Positions 7,967 through 16,820 of a stretch of 64,000 nucleotides of DNA are shown piece by piece (position 1 is the stretch's first letter; each line of letters opens with the position of its first letter). The stretch lies in the IMG/VR virus record IMGVR_UViG_3300021400_000027, positions 115,788-179,787 of that record, one strand, 5' to 3'. The stretch comes from a virus (Duplodnaviria; Caudoviricetes). The notes under the pieces were generated by a model. The model saw only the letters and a program-made list of their open reading frames with translations, ran no database searches and was not told the origin of the DNA. The translations under genes were made by a program, and so were the position numbers.

Positions 7967-8027
7967 AAGACGGTTACAGCAATCTTTAAGGATTTATTTG
8001 GTTCGATTCCAGAGGTTTTCCGTCTTG
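7967..8027 (+). ncRNA. clamp RNA 8 carrying an isolated T-arm hairpin
   Basis: AAGACGG-TTA-CAGCAA...CCGTCTT-G; TTTGG-TTCGATT-CCAGA. Confidence 0.7.
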
Positions 8028-8058
8028 AAGATTTTATTTTGAAAAGGAGATAATCTAA

Positions 8059-8673
8059 ATGAGAAAAGTTATTATTGTTATTTTATCCGTTATTGCTATT
8101 GCGACAATTGTACTGCCTGAGGGAGAGTACGGTCCGGTAACTATTACTTCTTACGCCGCAGAGGGACAGTTTAATTCAAATGGATTACAGGCTAATAACC
8201 TTGGTATTCCTATTAATGAATTTGTTGACGCTCCGGCAACAGCACCAATTCCTTTTGGTCAGCTTGTTGATGCTCCTATGACTGCACCAGTATCAGTTCC
8301 TTCTGATAAGTTTGTTGATGCTCCTATGACTGCACCGTCAGCGGAGACTTCTATGACTACAACTACAAAAGAAACTACAACTACAGCTGAACTTGTGTCA
8401 GCTCCAGAAACCGCACCAGAAGTTTTAGATACTGCTCCAGCGACAGCACCAACAACTACTACCTCAACCACTACTTCAACTACTACTACAGTAACAACCA
8501 CCACAACTACAGCTACCACTTCGGCTTCAACCGTTTTGGCAGATATGAAGTGTGCAGATGGTGCTGAATTAAGAGTAAGTGAAGATTCAAACGGTAAGGT
8601 TGAAATTGAAGCATCAGGCGAAAAAGACTTACTTAAAGAAATTTTTGGTTTTATTAAAGACCTGTTTTCTTAA
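8059..8673 (+). CDS. exported/membrane-anchored protein with VDAP(M/A)TAP repeats and poly-Thr linker
   Basis: N-terminal basic+hydrophobic segment; repeats and Thr tract visible in translation. Confidence 0.75.
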   Translation: MRKVIIVILSVIAIATIVLPEGEYGPVTITSYAAEGQFNSNGLQANNLGIPINEFVDAPATAPIPFGQLVDAPMTAPVSVPSDKFVDAPMTAPSAETSMTTTTKETTTTAELVSAPETAPEVLDTAPATAPTTTTSTTTSTTTTVTTTTTTATTSASTVLADMKCADGAELRVSEDSNGKVEIEASGEKDLLKEIFGFIKDLFS

Positions 8674-8692
8674 GCGGTTCGCCGCTTAATAT

Positions 8693-8766
8693 CGGGGATT
8701 ACGTCAATTTGGTAGACGGCGGCATTTGGGATGCCGAGGCTGCGAGTTCGAGTCTCGCATCTCCGA
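8693..8766 (+). tRNA. tRNA-Pro(TGG)
   Basis: CGGCA-TTTGGGA-TGCCG; C1:G72, A73. Confidence 0.9.
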
Positions 8767-8856
8767 CTAAAGCACCTAATGCGGATATGGTGCTATATTT
8801 TCATGGTGATTACCTCCTAAAATTGCCAAAGTTGTGTCGCTTGGCGGCACAACGCT

Positions 8857-8935
8857 GGGGATATGGTGGAATGGCAGACACGCTTGCCTTAGAAGCAAGT
8901 GCTTCGGCGTGAGAGTTCAAGTCTCTCTATCCCCA
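8857..8935 (+). tRNA. tRNA-Leu(TAG)
   Basis: CTTGC-CTTAGAA-GCAAG. Confidence 0.92.
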
Positions 8936-8942
8936 CTAAAAT

Positions 8943-9015
8943 GGAGTCGGTAGTGTAATGGCTAACACGTCAGTTTGTGGCACTGATAATGAGAGTTCGA
9001 TTCTCTCCCTTCTCC
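8943..9015 (+). tRNA. tRNA-His(GTG) with encoded G-1
   Basis: TCAGT-TTGTGGC-ACTGA; G-1:C73. Confidence 0.85.
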
Positions 9016-9104
9016 CTTGGTGCGCAGGTTTGATGCAATGCGACATGTTCAGAAATCCGTGTACTATAGAGTATTCCTGCACAATCTATAGCGGTATTTA
9101 ATTA

Positions 9105-9250
9105 AAGACACTACAGCAAAACATTTCTAAATGGACTGTAAATCCGTTGGGGAAGTCCCTTCGTAGGTGCAAATCCTATCCTCGCCCACCAAAATATGGG
9201 CGAGTAGCCAAGTAGACAAAGGCGACGGACCATATATTAAAAGTGTCTTG
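9105..9250 (+). ncRNA. clamp RNA 9 carrying circularly permuted tRNA-Tyr(GTA) with internal ACCA
   Basis: AAGACAC-TA-CAGCAA...GTGTCTT-G; ATGGA-CTGTAAA-TCCGT, long variable arm, CTCGCCC-A-CCA linker GGGCGAG, D arm, ACGGA. Confidence 0.85.
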
Positions 9251-9254
9251 AAAT

Positions 9255-9335
9255 GTGGAGATGCCAGAGTGGTTGATTGGGACGGACTGCAACTCCGTTG
9301 CGTAAGCCTCGTCGGTTCGAATCCGACTCTCCACT
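9255..9335 (+). tRNA. tRNA-Cys(GCA) with long variable arm
   Basis: ACGGA-CTGCAAC-TCCGT; U73; 12-nt variable region. Confidence 0.85.
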
Positions 9336-9340
9336 TTAAT

Positions 9341-9414
9341 CTCCCCTTAGCTCAATTGGATAGAGCAACGGATTTCTAATCCGTAGGTTGAAGGTTCGAG
9401 TCCTTCAGGGGAGG
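9341..9414 (+). tRNA. tRNA-Arg(TCT)
   Basis: ACGGA-TTTCTAA-TCCGT. Confidence 0.92.
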
Positions 9415-9422
9415 CTTAATTT

Positions 9423-9496
9423 GTCGCTTTAGTTCAATTGGATTAGAACCTCCGGCTACGAACCGGAAGATACGAGTTCAAGTCTTGTAGGCGGCG
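9423..9496 (+). tRNA. tRNA-Arg(ACG)
   Basis: TCCGG-CTACGAA-CCGGA. Confidence 0.9.
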
Positions 9497-9500
9497 TAAA

Positions 9501-9574
9501 AAGACAACTTACAGCAATTTAATTATATCGCCTTAAGTTTTTCCTGTACAGTGATATGTCAGGGTGTTGTCTTG
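9501..9574 (+). ncRNA. clamp RNA 10
   Basis: AAGACAAC-TTA-CAGCAA...GTTGTCTT-G. Confidence 0.7.
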
Positions 9575-9582
9575 ATTTAATT

Positions 9583-9671
9583 GGAAGATTAATTCAGCCG
9601 GCGCTGAACCTCGTCTTGAAAACGAGTGGTGCGGTGAAACGCATGGGGCTCGACACCTCAGTCTTCCGCCA
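9583..9671 (+). tRNA. tRNA-Ser(TGA)
   Basis: CTCGT-CTTGAAA-ACGAG; long variable arm; G73-CCA; atypical T loop. Confidence 0.8.
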
Positions 9672-9679
9672 CTAACCTT

Positions 9680-9714
9680 AAGACCTTACGGCATTAAATT
9701 AAATAAAGGTCTTG
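9680..9714 (+). ncRNA. clamp RNA 11 (empty, minimal)
   Basis: AAGACCTT-A-CGGCA...AAGGTCTT-G directly upstream of the DUF2828 gene promoter. Confidence 0.55.
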
Positions 9715-9820
9715 AAGTTAAAATAATTTGAGTTTTTAAAAATTTTTTGCTATAATATTTATAGTGAAAAGGAAAAAGTCCGAATTAACTTTAACTTACA
9801 ATGAAAAGGAGAAATGTGTA

Positions 9821-11290
9821 ATGAGTTTTGTAAATCAGTTCAAAAGAATGTCCGATATGACCACCACTGAAAATGGAGGTCTGGCTTATAAGTCTACCGG
9901 CTCTGACCTTTTATCTCTGTTCGCTAATATTGGCGGTATGAGAGATAGAAATGATAGCGATATTATTTCTGCTTGGAAACTCGCAAGAAAGGAAGATAAG
10001 CTGTTAGCAGATAACCTTATTCTCTATTCTCGTGATATTCGTAATGCCGGACTTGGTGAGCGTAGAATTGGCAGACTCTTATTAAAAGAGCTTGCTATGG
10101 TTGACCCTCGTAAGGTAGAGCGTAATCTCCAGAAGATTGTCGATGCCGGCAGATGGGACGACTTGTTCGTATTTGAGGGAACTCCTGCATGGGATGAAAC
10201 CGTTCGCTTTATCCAGAATCAGTTCCGTACTGATGTCAATGGAATGAAGAAGAACGAACCTATTTCTCTGCTTGCAAAGTGGCTTCCTTCTATTAACGCT
10301 TCTTCTGAAAAGACTAAGCGTCTGGCTCGTACTTTCTGCACCTTGTTCAGCTTAACTCCTCGTACTTATCGTAAGAGCCTCTCCGCTATGCGTAAGTACA
10401 TTGATGTAGTTGAACGTAAGATGTCAGCTGGTCAGTGGAATGAAATTAACTTTGAAACTGTTCCTTCTGTTGCAATGTCTCGTTATATTGCAACCTACAA
10501 TAAGCGTTGTCAGGAACGCTTTGCCGAATACAAGGCTTCCCTTGAAAAGGGCGAAGCTAAGGTTAATGCGGCAACTCTCTTCCCTTATGACATTGCTTTA
10601 AAGTTCATAGGCAATTGTAATGGCTATGGTTGTAGATATACTCATCTGGATGCAGTTGATGAAGCACAGTGGAAGGCTCTGCCTAACTATGTTTCTGACG
10701 AGTTCGATGTAGTTGTAATGGCAGACGTATCCGGCTCTATGTACTCTTCTGATAGTCGTCCTATGGCAACTTCTATTGGTCTGGCAACTTACTTTGCTCA
10801 ACGCAACAAAGGTGCATATCACAATATGTATTTAAGTTTCACTGACCGTCCTCATTTCATTACCCTGCGTGACGAGATGTCGCTGGAAGATTGCTTAAAA
10901 TACGTGTTAAAGGAGGGTGTTGGCTACAATACTGACCTTGACCTTGCTTTTGAAGCTATCTATAAAGTGGCAAGCACTGCCGGAGAAGCACCTAAAGCTC
11001 TTGTCATTATTAGTGATATGGAGATTGATTCTTTCTGCGGAGAGAATTATGAATCCATTGCTCAAAAATGGCAGAGAATTTACGCTAAAGCTGGATTAAC
11101 TGCTCCTAAGTTAATTTGGTGGAATGTAGATTCCAGAGAGGGTAGAGTTCTCGCTCGTCAGGACGAGAATGTAGGATTTGTATCAGGTTATGGTGTCGGT
11201 CCGTTCAAGAATCTTCAATCTCTGATTGAAAAAGACGCTTATACCGCAATGGTAGAAATCCTCTCTCAGGACGCTTTCACTTGGAATTAA
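9821..11290 (+). CDS. DUF2828-type Ro60/TROVE-like protein with C-terminal vWA domain
   Basis: TENG..Y.STG, RDIR..GLGER, GRWDDL, AKWLPS, VPSVAM, MIDAS motif DVSGSM, ISDMEID, WNV; RBS AAGGAG before ATG 9821. Confidence 0.8.
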   Translation: MSFVNQFKRMSDMTTTENGGLAYKSTGSDLLSLFANIGGMRDRNDSDIISAWKLARKEDKLLADNLILYSRDIRNAGLGERRIGRLLLKELAMVDPRKVERNLQKIVDAGRWDDLFVFEGTPAWDETVRFIQNQFRTDVNGMKKNEPISLLAKWLPSINASSEKTKRLARTFCTLFSLTPRTYRKSLSAMRKYIDVVERKMSAGQWNEINFETVPSVAMSRYIATYNKRCQERFAEYKASLEKGEAKVNAATLFPYDIALKFIGNCNGYGCRYTHLDAVDEAQWKALPNYVSDEFDVVVMADVSGSMYSSDSRPMATSIGLATYFAQRNKGAYHNMYLSFTDRPHFITLRDEMSLEDCLKYVLKEGVGYNTDLDLAFEAIYKVASTAGEAPKALVIISDMEIDSFCGENYESIAQKWQRIYAKAGLTAPKLIWWNVDSREGRVLARQDENVGFVSGYGVGPFKNLQSLIEKDAYTAMVEILSQDAFTWN

Positions 11291-11312
11291 GGCGGTTACG
11301 CCGCCTTGATTT

Positions 11313-11527
11313 TAGGCTCTATACAGCAAAATCAATAGAAATATACATCAAATTGATTTTAGTTAAATAATTGGCATTTACCTGTAGTTGTCAAAACCTT
11401 GTAACAGGTTAAGTTACCGCACACTTCTTTTGTGTAAATGAAGTCCCTCCCGTTCCAGTTTGGGATTGTATAACTGGTGATAGTGGAATAAATTTTCTAC
11501 CGAAGTCTGAGAACAGCAAGAGCCTAG
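11313..11527 (+). ncRNA. clamp RNA 12 (long, multi-hairpin insert)
   Basis: TAGGCTCT-ATA-CAGCAA...AGAGCCTA-G immediately downstream of the DUF2828 gene. Confidence 0.6.
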
Positions 11528-11532
11528 TCTTA

Positions 11533-11580
11533 ACGATTCTTCAGCAGAATTGTTTCAAGAATTGAAAAAAAAGAATCGTG
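11533..11580 (+). ncRNA. clamp RNA 13
   Basis: ACGATTCTT-CAGCAG...AAGAATCGT-G. Confidence 0.6.
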
Positions 11581-11639
11581 AGGGAGTTGAACAATTAAAA
11601 AAGTTCAATTCCCTTTTGTAATTTTTAAGGGGTGATACT

Positions 11640-12029
11640 GTGAGAATTAAGAGTAGGGTAAAGGATAAAAAAGAAATTGTAGTAAAAAAAGCGTGTGTTT
11701 TAGTATCTGATGAGAATTAGAATAATTTCTTTATTTTTGATACTGATGATACTAACATTAGATTTGGAACTGACTCGGCAGAAATTGTAATGTGGTTTAA
11801 GGATACACGTCCATTTGATAGATATAATATTTCTGGGGCGAAGCCATATGATGTTAAAATTTTTTTAAGTAGGAATGATACTACTCCTATTATTACTTAT
11901 AAACTTGAAGGAGGTTATTTCTCTTATCTTGGATTTTATAATCTTATAATAAAAGGGAAGATTACCTATTTTAAGAATTTAAAGATAAGTGGTGAGAAAA
12001 ATGTATTGTTACGAAGTTCAAGGTTCTGA
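11640..12029 (+). CDS. hypothetical protein, one in-frame TAG (11718)
   Basis: GTG at 11640 with AAGGGGTGA RBS is in frame with the 11790 ORF. Confidence 0.6.
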
Positions 12030-13032
12030 CAGTAGAGGGCGTTTTACAGAATCCAAAAAAATTTATTGTCCAGAACCAATTCCAAATGTCAAGGTCGGTG
12101 ACATTATTATATCCAGCAAGGACGGCATGAAGAAGAGGTTTATTATAAAAGGAGAACCAATTTGTGTTGCGCCGCCTTGCAATGTTGATGATATTATTGA
12201 CAACATCTATATTTCAATTGAGGTGAAATAAAATGTTTACTTTAGGTAATGTACTTTATTTTGGTGGAATTGCTTTCCTTGCAATTGGAGGAGTTAATTT
12301 AATTCAATGTTACGGACAGTCAATTAAAAGAATTATTGTTTACTTAACTCTTGTAATTCTTGGTCTTGCCGGCTTCTGGTTCGGTGATGATATGAGGAGA
12401 AAAGAAATTTTCACTTACACTATTGACCATTACCAAGATGGCTTTCCGGGCGGAGGAGTTCAGGTTACTTTTAAGGAAGAAACAACTCCAAGAATGATTA
12501 AAGCTAATATGGTTGAAAAATTTAAGGAGAAAGCCGCAGAGGATGGTAATCCTGATACAATTGAAATGACAAGAGCAGATAGAAAGGAGTATTTTGAGTA
12601 ATGACAATTTTAATTATAGGTATACTAATTATTATAGCAGCTTTAATTACGTTTAAAACAGAGGGTGCTAATGATGCTTCATTTTTTATTTTAATGTGCG
12701 GTATTGCTATTGCTTTTGTAGGTTTTATACTCGGTTGTATAACTTCTGAATATAAAGTTAGTGAGATGAAAGAATTAGAGAATGGATGGTATCAAGCCAC
12801 TATTGAATTTGATTCTTCTTCTACTAAAGTAATGTTAAGTCCCAATGAAGCAAAATTTTATATAGAAAATCCTACTGGGAAAATTTCTATGTATGATTTC
12901 GCTGAATCTTATTCTGAAAGAATTTCTAAGACTTATTATTATAAAGGAGGCAATCCTAATGAAGAAAATACGACTGAAATCGAGAGTGAAATAGAAGTAG
13001 GAACAAACGAAGAAAACTGGACTACGGAGTGA
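12001..13032 (+). other. three small hypothetical CDS (12001-12231; membrane proteins 12233-12601 and 12601-13032)
   Basis: abutting ORFs; two N-terminal hydrophobic helices in the latter two. Confidence 0.65.
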
Positions 13033-13177
13033 CTATGCAACTTGTTCAGAATGTTTACAAACTTTTCATTTAAGTTAGTTAAAACATAGTCTTTTCAGTC
13101 CGCATAGCTTCAAATGTCCTTATTGTTGGCATGTTCAAGATTGGAATAGTTGGCTTGATAGCTGTAATCTTGTTTAA
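12959..13177 (+). CDS. Zn-ribbon protein (CSEC...CPYC) with three in-frame TAG codons
   Basis: AAGGAGG RBS; TAG at 12992, 12998, 13076; the last separates the two CxxC knuckles. Confidence 0.65.
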
Positions 13178-13227
13178 CTTGTTGCGCCGGCACGCAAGCC
13201 GGCGTAACGTATTTTGGAGGGTTTCAA

Positions 13228-13386
13228 ATGGAAAAGATTTATACTTGTCCTAAATGTGGACAAAAAACATTATATGAAAACTTAAAACCATATTATGGCT
13301 CTGGTTTTGTTCCTGCGGACCGAGCACATCAATGTCCAAATTGTCATCAAATTTTTCCTTTAAATCAATTTAAAGAGTTGAAGTAA
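13228..13386 (+). CDS. small Zn-ribbon protein (CPKC...CPNC)
   Basis: GGAGG RBS, 52 aa, below ORF-track cutoff. Confidence 0.65.
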   Translation: MEKIYTCPKCGQKTLYENLKPYYGSGFVPADRAHQCPNCHQIFPLNQFKELK

Positions 13387-13387
13387 A

Positions 13388-13630
13388 ATGATAATGATTT
13401 TAGCAGGAATTTTTTGCTTAATATCTCTTGTGCTTAATTTACTTTCTTCTTTTTTATATTACAAAGACTATGAGAAAAATCATAAAGATGTTGATTTTAC
13501 TAATTCTCTATTACATTTTATTATGGCTTTACTTATGATACTTTGTATTATGCTTGATGTACAGGCTTTTGTTAATAAAAGAAATCCAATGCCGGCGCAA
13601 CAAGCAGAAGTGATACAAACAGAAATTTGA
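13388..13630 (+). CDS. small two-helix membrane protein
   Basis: two hydrophobic segments. Confidence 0.6.
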   Translation: MIMILAGIFCLISLVLNLLSSFLYYKDYEKNHKDVDFTNSLLHFIMALLMILCIMLDVQAFVNKRNPMPAQQAEVIQTEI

Positions 13631-13688
13631 TTTTTTAAAAATTTTTTGTTATAATATTTATAGAAAATAAATCAAAAGGAGAAATTTT

Positions 13689-14612
13689 ATGAAACAGAAA
13701 CATTATGTAGATATTGAACGTTTTAAGGCTAAATATGACGAAGCCATCAGCGTTGGTGACCTCATTCATGTAAGTGAGAAAATCGATGGTGCGAATGCTT
13801 CTTTCACCTATGACCCTGAAACCGGCACAGTAAAGGCTTTCAGTCGTAAGAATGAACTCTCTGCTGACAATACACTTCGAGGATTCTATAATTACGTTCA
13901 GAGTATGCCTCTTGATTTCGTTAAGCGAGTAGTAACAAATAACGGCAAGTGGGTAATTTTCGGAGAATGGCTTGTCCCTCATTCAGTTAAATATCCTGAT
14001 GAAGCATATCATCATTTTTACATCTATGATATATGGGACACAGAAAATGAAATCTGGTGTGACCAGAATTTCGTAAATCTCATGTGCTCTATATTTAAAT
14101 TATATTCTGTTGATGTGCGTCAGCCGGAATGCTTCTACTATGGAAAATTTAATGGTTGGGAAGAGCTTTATAAACTTGTAGGTAAAACCGCCATTGGGGC
14201 TACCCCGTGCGGCGAAGGTATCGTTATAAAGAACCAATCCGTACTTGACCAGAAGAATCGCCGACTGCCTACTTACATTAAAATTGTAAGTGAAAAGTTT
14301 GCAGAAGTTCATAAAAATAAGCCTAAGACTGTTGACCCCGAAGTGTTGAAACAGCGTGAAGCTTCTCGTCAGCTTGCGGCAACAATTGTCACTGAACAGC
14401 GTGTTCAGAAATTCCTGAATAAATTTGTTGACGAGGGTATCCTCCCTGAAGACTGGGACGAACGCAATTTCGGAACAATTGCAAAGACCTTACCTCGTGA
14501 AATTTACAATGACTGTGTAAAGGAAGAGCCGGAAACAACTAATCAAATTGAGGATTTCGGCAAAATTTGTGGCAAACTTACTATGGAACTTGTAAGGAGT
14601 CTAATAAAATGA
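13689..14612 (+). CDS. ATP-dependent RNA ligase, Rnl2-like
   Basis: nucleotidyltransferase motifs EKIDGAN, FGEW, FYIYDI, EGIVIK, IKIVSEKF. Confidence 0.8.
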   Translation: MKQKHYVDIERFKAKYDEAISVGDLIHVSEKIDGANASFTYDPETGTVKAFSRKNELSADNTLRGFYNYVQSMPLDFVKRVVTNNGKWVIFGEWLVPHSVKYPDEAYHHFYIYDIWDTENEIWCDQNFVNLMCSIFKLYSVDVRQPECFYYGKFNGWEELYKLVGKTAIGATPCGEGIVIKNQSVLDQKNRRLPTYIKIVSEKFAEVHKNKPKTVDPEVLKQREASRQLAATIVTEQRVQKFLNKFVDEGILPEDWDERNFGTIAKTLPREIYNDCVKEEPETTNQIEDFGKICGKLTMELVRSLIK

Positions 14613-15344
14613 GAAAAGTGTTTGAATTTTTACTTCTGCTTGCCGGATTATATTCCGGCATAGCACTCATTTTTAATAGCTACGCCGAGTGGCTTACTAA
14701 TCTAATAAATTTTATGAATGAACCTTCCGCCGGCTCTGCTATTGCAACAGTTTTGTGGCTTGTCTTTGCCGGCATATCAACTCACCTAACATCAAGAATG
14801 TTAAGTAAATAAATAGGAGGAATTGATTTATGCAAGTTATTGAAAAATGGGGTTCTATTTATGTACCCGCAGATTATGAACGTTATGGTACTCGTTGTTG
14901 CATTTGCAACAAGCCGGCACAGTATGTGGATATTTTCTCTGAACAGGGAATTTGTTCCTTTGAATGTGCTGAAAAGCACAATCGTGAAATGGAAAAGTTG
15001 GAGATTGAAATGGAGAGAAAGTGTCCTGCCTGTCCTGAATAAGTAAAAAAATGTCGAATTTTGTCGATTAAAAATTTGATTTTCTTTTATTTTTATAGTA
15101 TAATATATATACAATAAGAAAAAAGGAGAGAAAAATTATGTATGTAGAAATGGTTGAGTTATATTCTGTAAGCCCTGAAGGATTTAGTGGTAATTGGGAA
15201 TATCGTGACCGCTTAATCTTTACACTTCCGGCAGAATCCGACATGGATGAAGCTCTTGAAAGAGCAAAAACTGATTTCGCTTTAAAATATGGCGTTGACC
15301 GTCAACTCGTTAAGGTATATAGAGATACCAGCGAATGCTTCTAA
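14609..15344 (+). other. three small hypothetical CDS (14609-14812, 14830-15042, 15138-15344)
   Basis: ORFs with RBS; second is Cys-rich. Confidence 0.6.
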
Positions 15345-15359
15345 GAAAGGAGAACCCCT

Positions 15360-16481
15360 ATGGCACAGCAATTATTAGAGTTACAAAAATTTATTCTGGC
15401 TAATCCTTCTGATTGGAAGGAAAAATTGCAGGCTAAACCCTACTGCCTGAAAATTCAGGAAGATGATGATTTAGTATTGTTCAAGTATTCCCAGATTGAT
15501 TCTGACTTCTCTGAGACAATTTGCCGTGAAGCCAGAGGGGTTATTCTTGAACGTGATACTTGGAAAATTGTAAGATTTGCTTTTCGTAAATTTTTTAATC
15601 TTGGTGAACCTCATGCCGATAAAATTGATTGGGAATCTGCTACTGCGACTTCTAAAGAGGACGGCTCTTTAATTTCTCTTTACTACTATAAAGGCTGGCA
15701 AATTGCTACTAATGGTAATCTGTATGCTTGGAACGCTCCTTTAGGTGTCGCCGGATTCCAGACTTTTGAAGATTTAGCTATGGAAGCACTTTTAAAATAT
15801 AATGTAGATTTTCATTCTTTGAATAAGAATTATACTTATACTTTTGAACTTTGCTCACCTTATAATCAAATCGTATGTTCCTATCCCGATATTCAGCTTT
15901 TCCATACTGTTACTGTTGATAATAGAACTCTTGAAGAAGTTGACGCTGAAATAGGAGTACCTAAACCTAAATTTTATGATTTAAATTCCAAAGTTGAGTA
16001 TGAGGAATTGGTTAATTCTTTACCGGAAAATACTGAAGGTATCGTTGTTCGTGACAAGTTTGGTAAACGAGTAAAAATTAAGACTAAACTCTATTTTGAA
16101 CTTCATAGACTTGTAAATAATGGGCATATTGATGTAGAAAAAGCATTGCAGTTAATTCTGGAAAATGACTACGAGGAACTTCTCGCTTATTATCCTAATT
16201 ATACTAATTTCTTTTCACAGGTCAAGGACGCATATAAAAATGCTCTTGATTATATTAAAGAAGTAAAAAGTTGGACTACAGAGTGGGAGAGGGAAAATCT
16301 CTTTACTGCTACTCGTGAAGGATTCGCTACTGCTCGTAAAATCTTCGCCGCCGCCGTAAAAGATAAACCTATTCCTTCCCTATACTTTTTAGCTTATGAC
16401 GGCAAACTGAAAAAATTTGAAGATGATTTAACTGCAAAGAAAATTTTATCTGTATTCAGAAACTATTTTGAGGGGATTTAA
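15360..16481 (+). CDS. T4 Rnl1-like RNA ligase
   Basis: EARG, FRKFFNLGE, KEDGSLI, FEL, EGIVV, KIK motifs. Confidence 0.85.
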   Translation: MAQQLLELQKFILANPSDWKEKLQAKPYCLKIQEDDDLVLFKYSQIDSDFSETICREARGVILERDTWKIVRFAFRKFFNLGEPHADKIDWESATATSKEDGSLISLYYYKGWQIATNGNLYAWNAPLGVAGFQTFEDLAMEALLKYNVDFHSLNKNYTYTFELCSPYNQIVCSYPDIQLFHTVTVDNRTLEEVDAEIGVPKPKFYDLNSKVEYEELVNSLPENTEGIVVRDKFGKRVKIKTKLYFELHRLVNNGHIDVEKALQLILENDYEELLAYYPNYTNFFSQVKDAYKNALDYIKEVKSWTTEWERENLFTATREGFATARKIFAAAVKDKPIPSLYFLAYDGKLKKFEDDLTAKKILSVFRNYFEGI

Positions 16482-16820
16482 ATGGAAGAAAAGATAAGTA
16501 AATGGCTTGAAGAAGCCTTATCTAAAGAATGGATTTGGCTTCTTCGTGATGGTCTGCTAATGAAAGCAGATGATATAGACAATTTCCCTCTTGACCTACA
16601 ATCAGAGCTTGATGATGTTCTTGGATACGGTGGTATTGAAAAGGACAAACGCTCTGTTAAGGTCGAGTATTATGGGAATGATATTGATGGACTCGTAATA
16701 GCAAGTATTAACTGGATTGATTCTACTGGTAAACTTCATTCCATTATGGAGAATTTATACGGACATCGAGCTACTTGTCGTACATTATCAGACATTTGCG
16801 GAAGATATTATGACGACTAA
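16482..16820 (+). CDS. hypothetical protein
   Basis: abuts ligase, GAGGGG RBS. Confidence 0.7.
   Translation: MEEKISKWLEEALSKEWIWLLRDGLLMKADDIDNFPLDLQSELDDVLGYGGIEKDKRSVKVEYYGNDIDGLVIASINWIDSTGKLHSIMENLYGHRATCRTLSDICGRYYDD

Noticed and set aside
4708-9379. ORF-track calls overlapping tRNA clusters (e.g. 4708-4926, 4802-5032, 6452-6724, 7854-8042, 8709-8912, 9167-9379)
   Set aside because: Shadow ORFs over tRNA or clamp RNA genes, without RBS.
3331-11580. Clamp elements as CRISPR repeats, terminators or MITE ends
   Set aside because: Stem sequences covary rather than repeat exactly, there are no U-tracts or target-site duplications, and the interiors are tRNA-derived.
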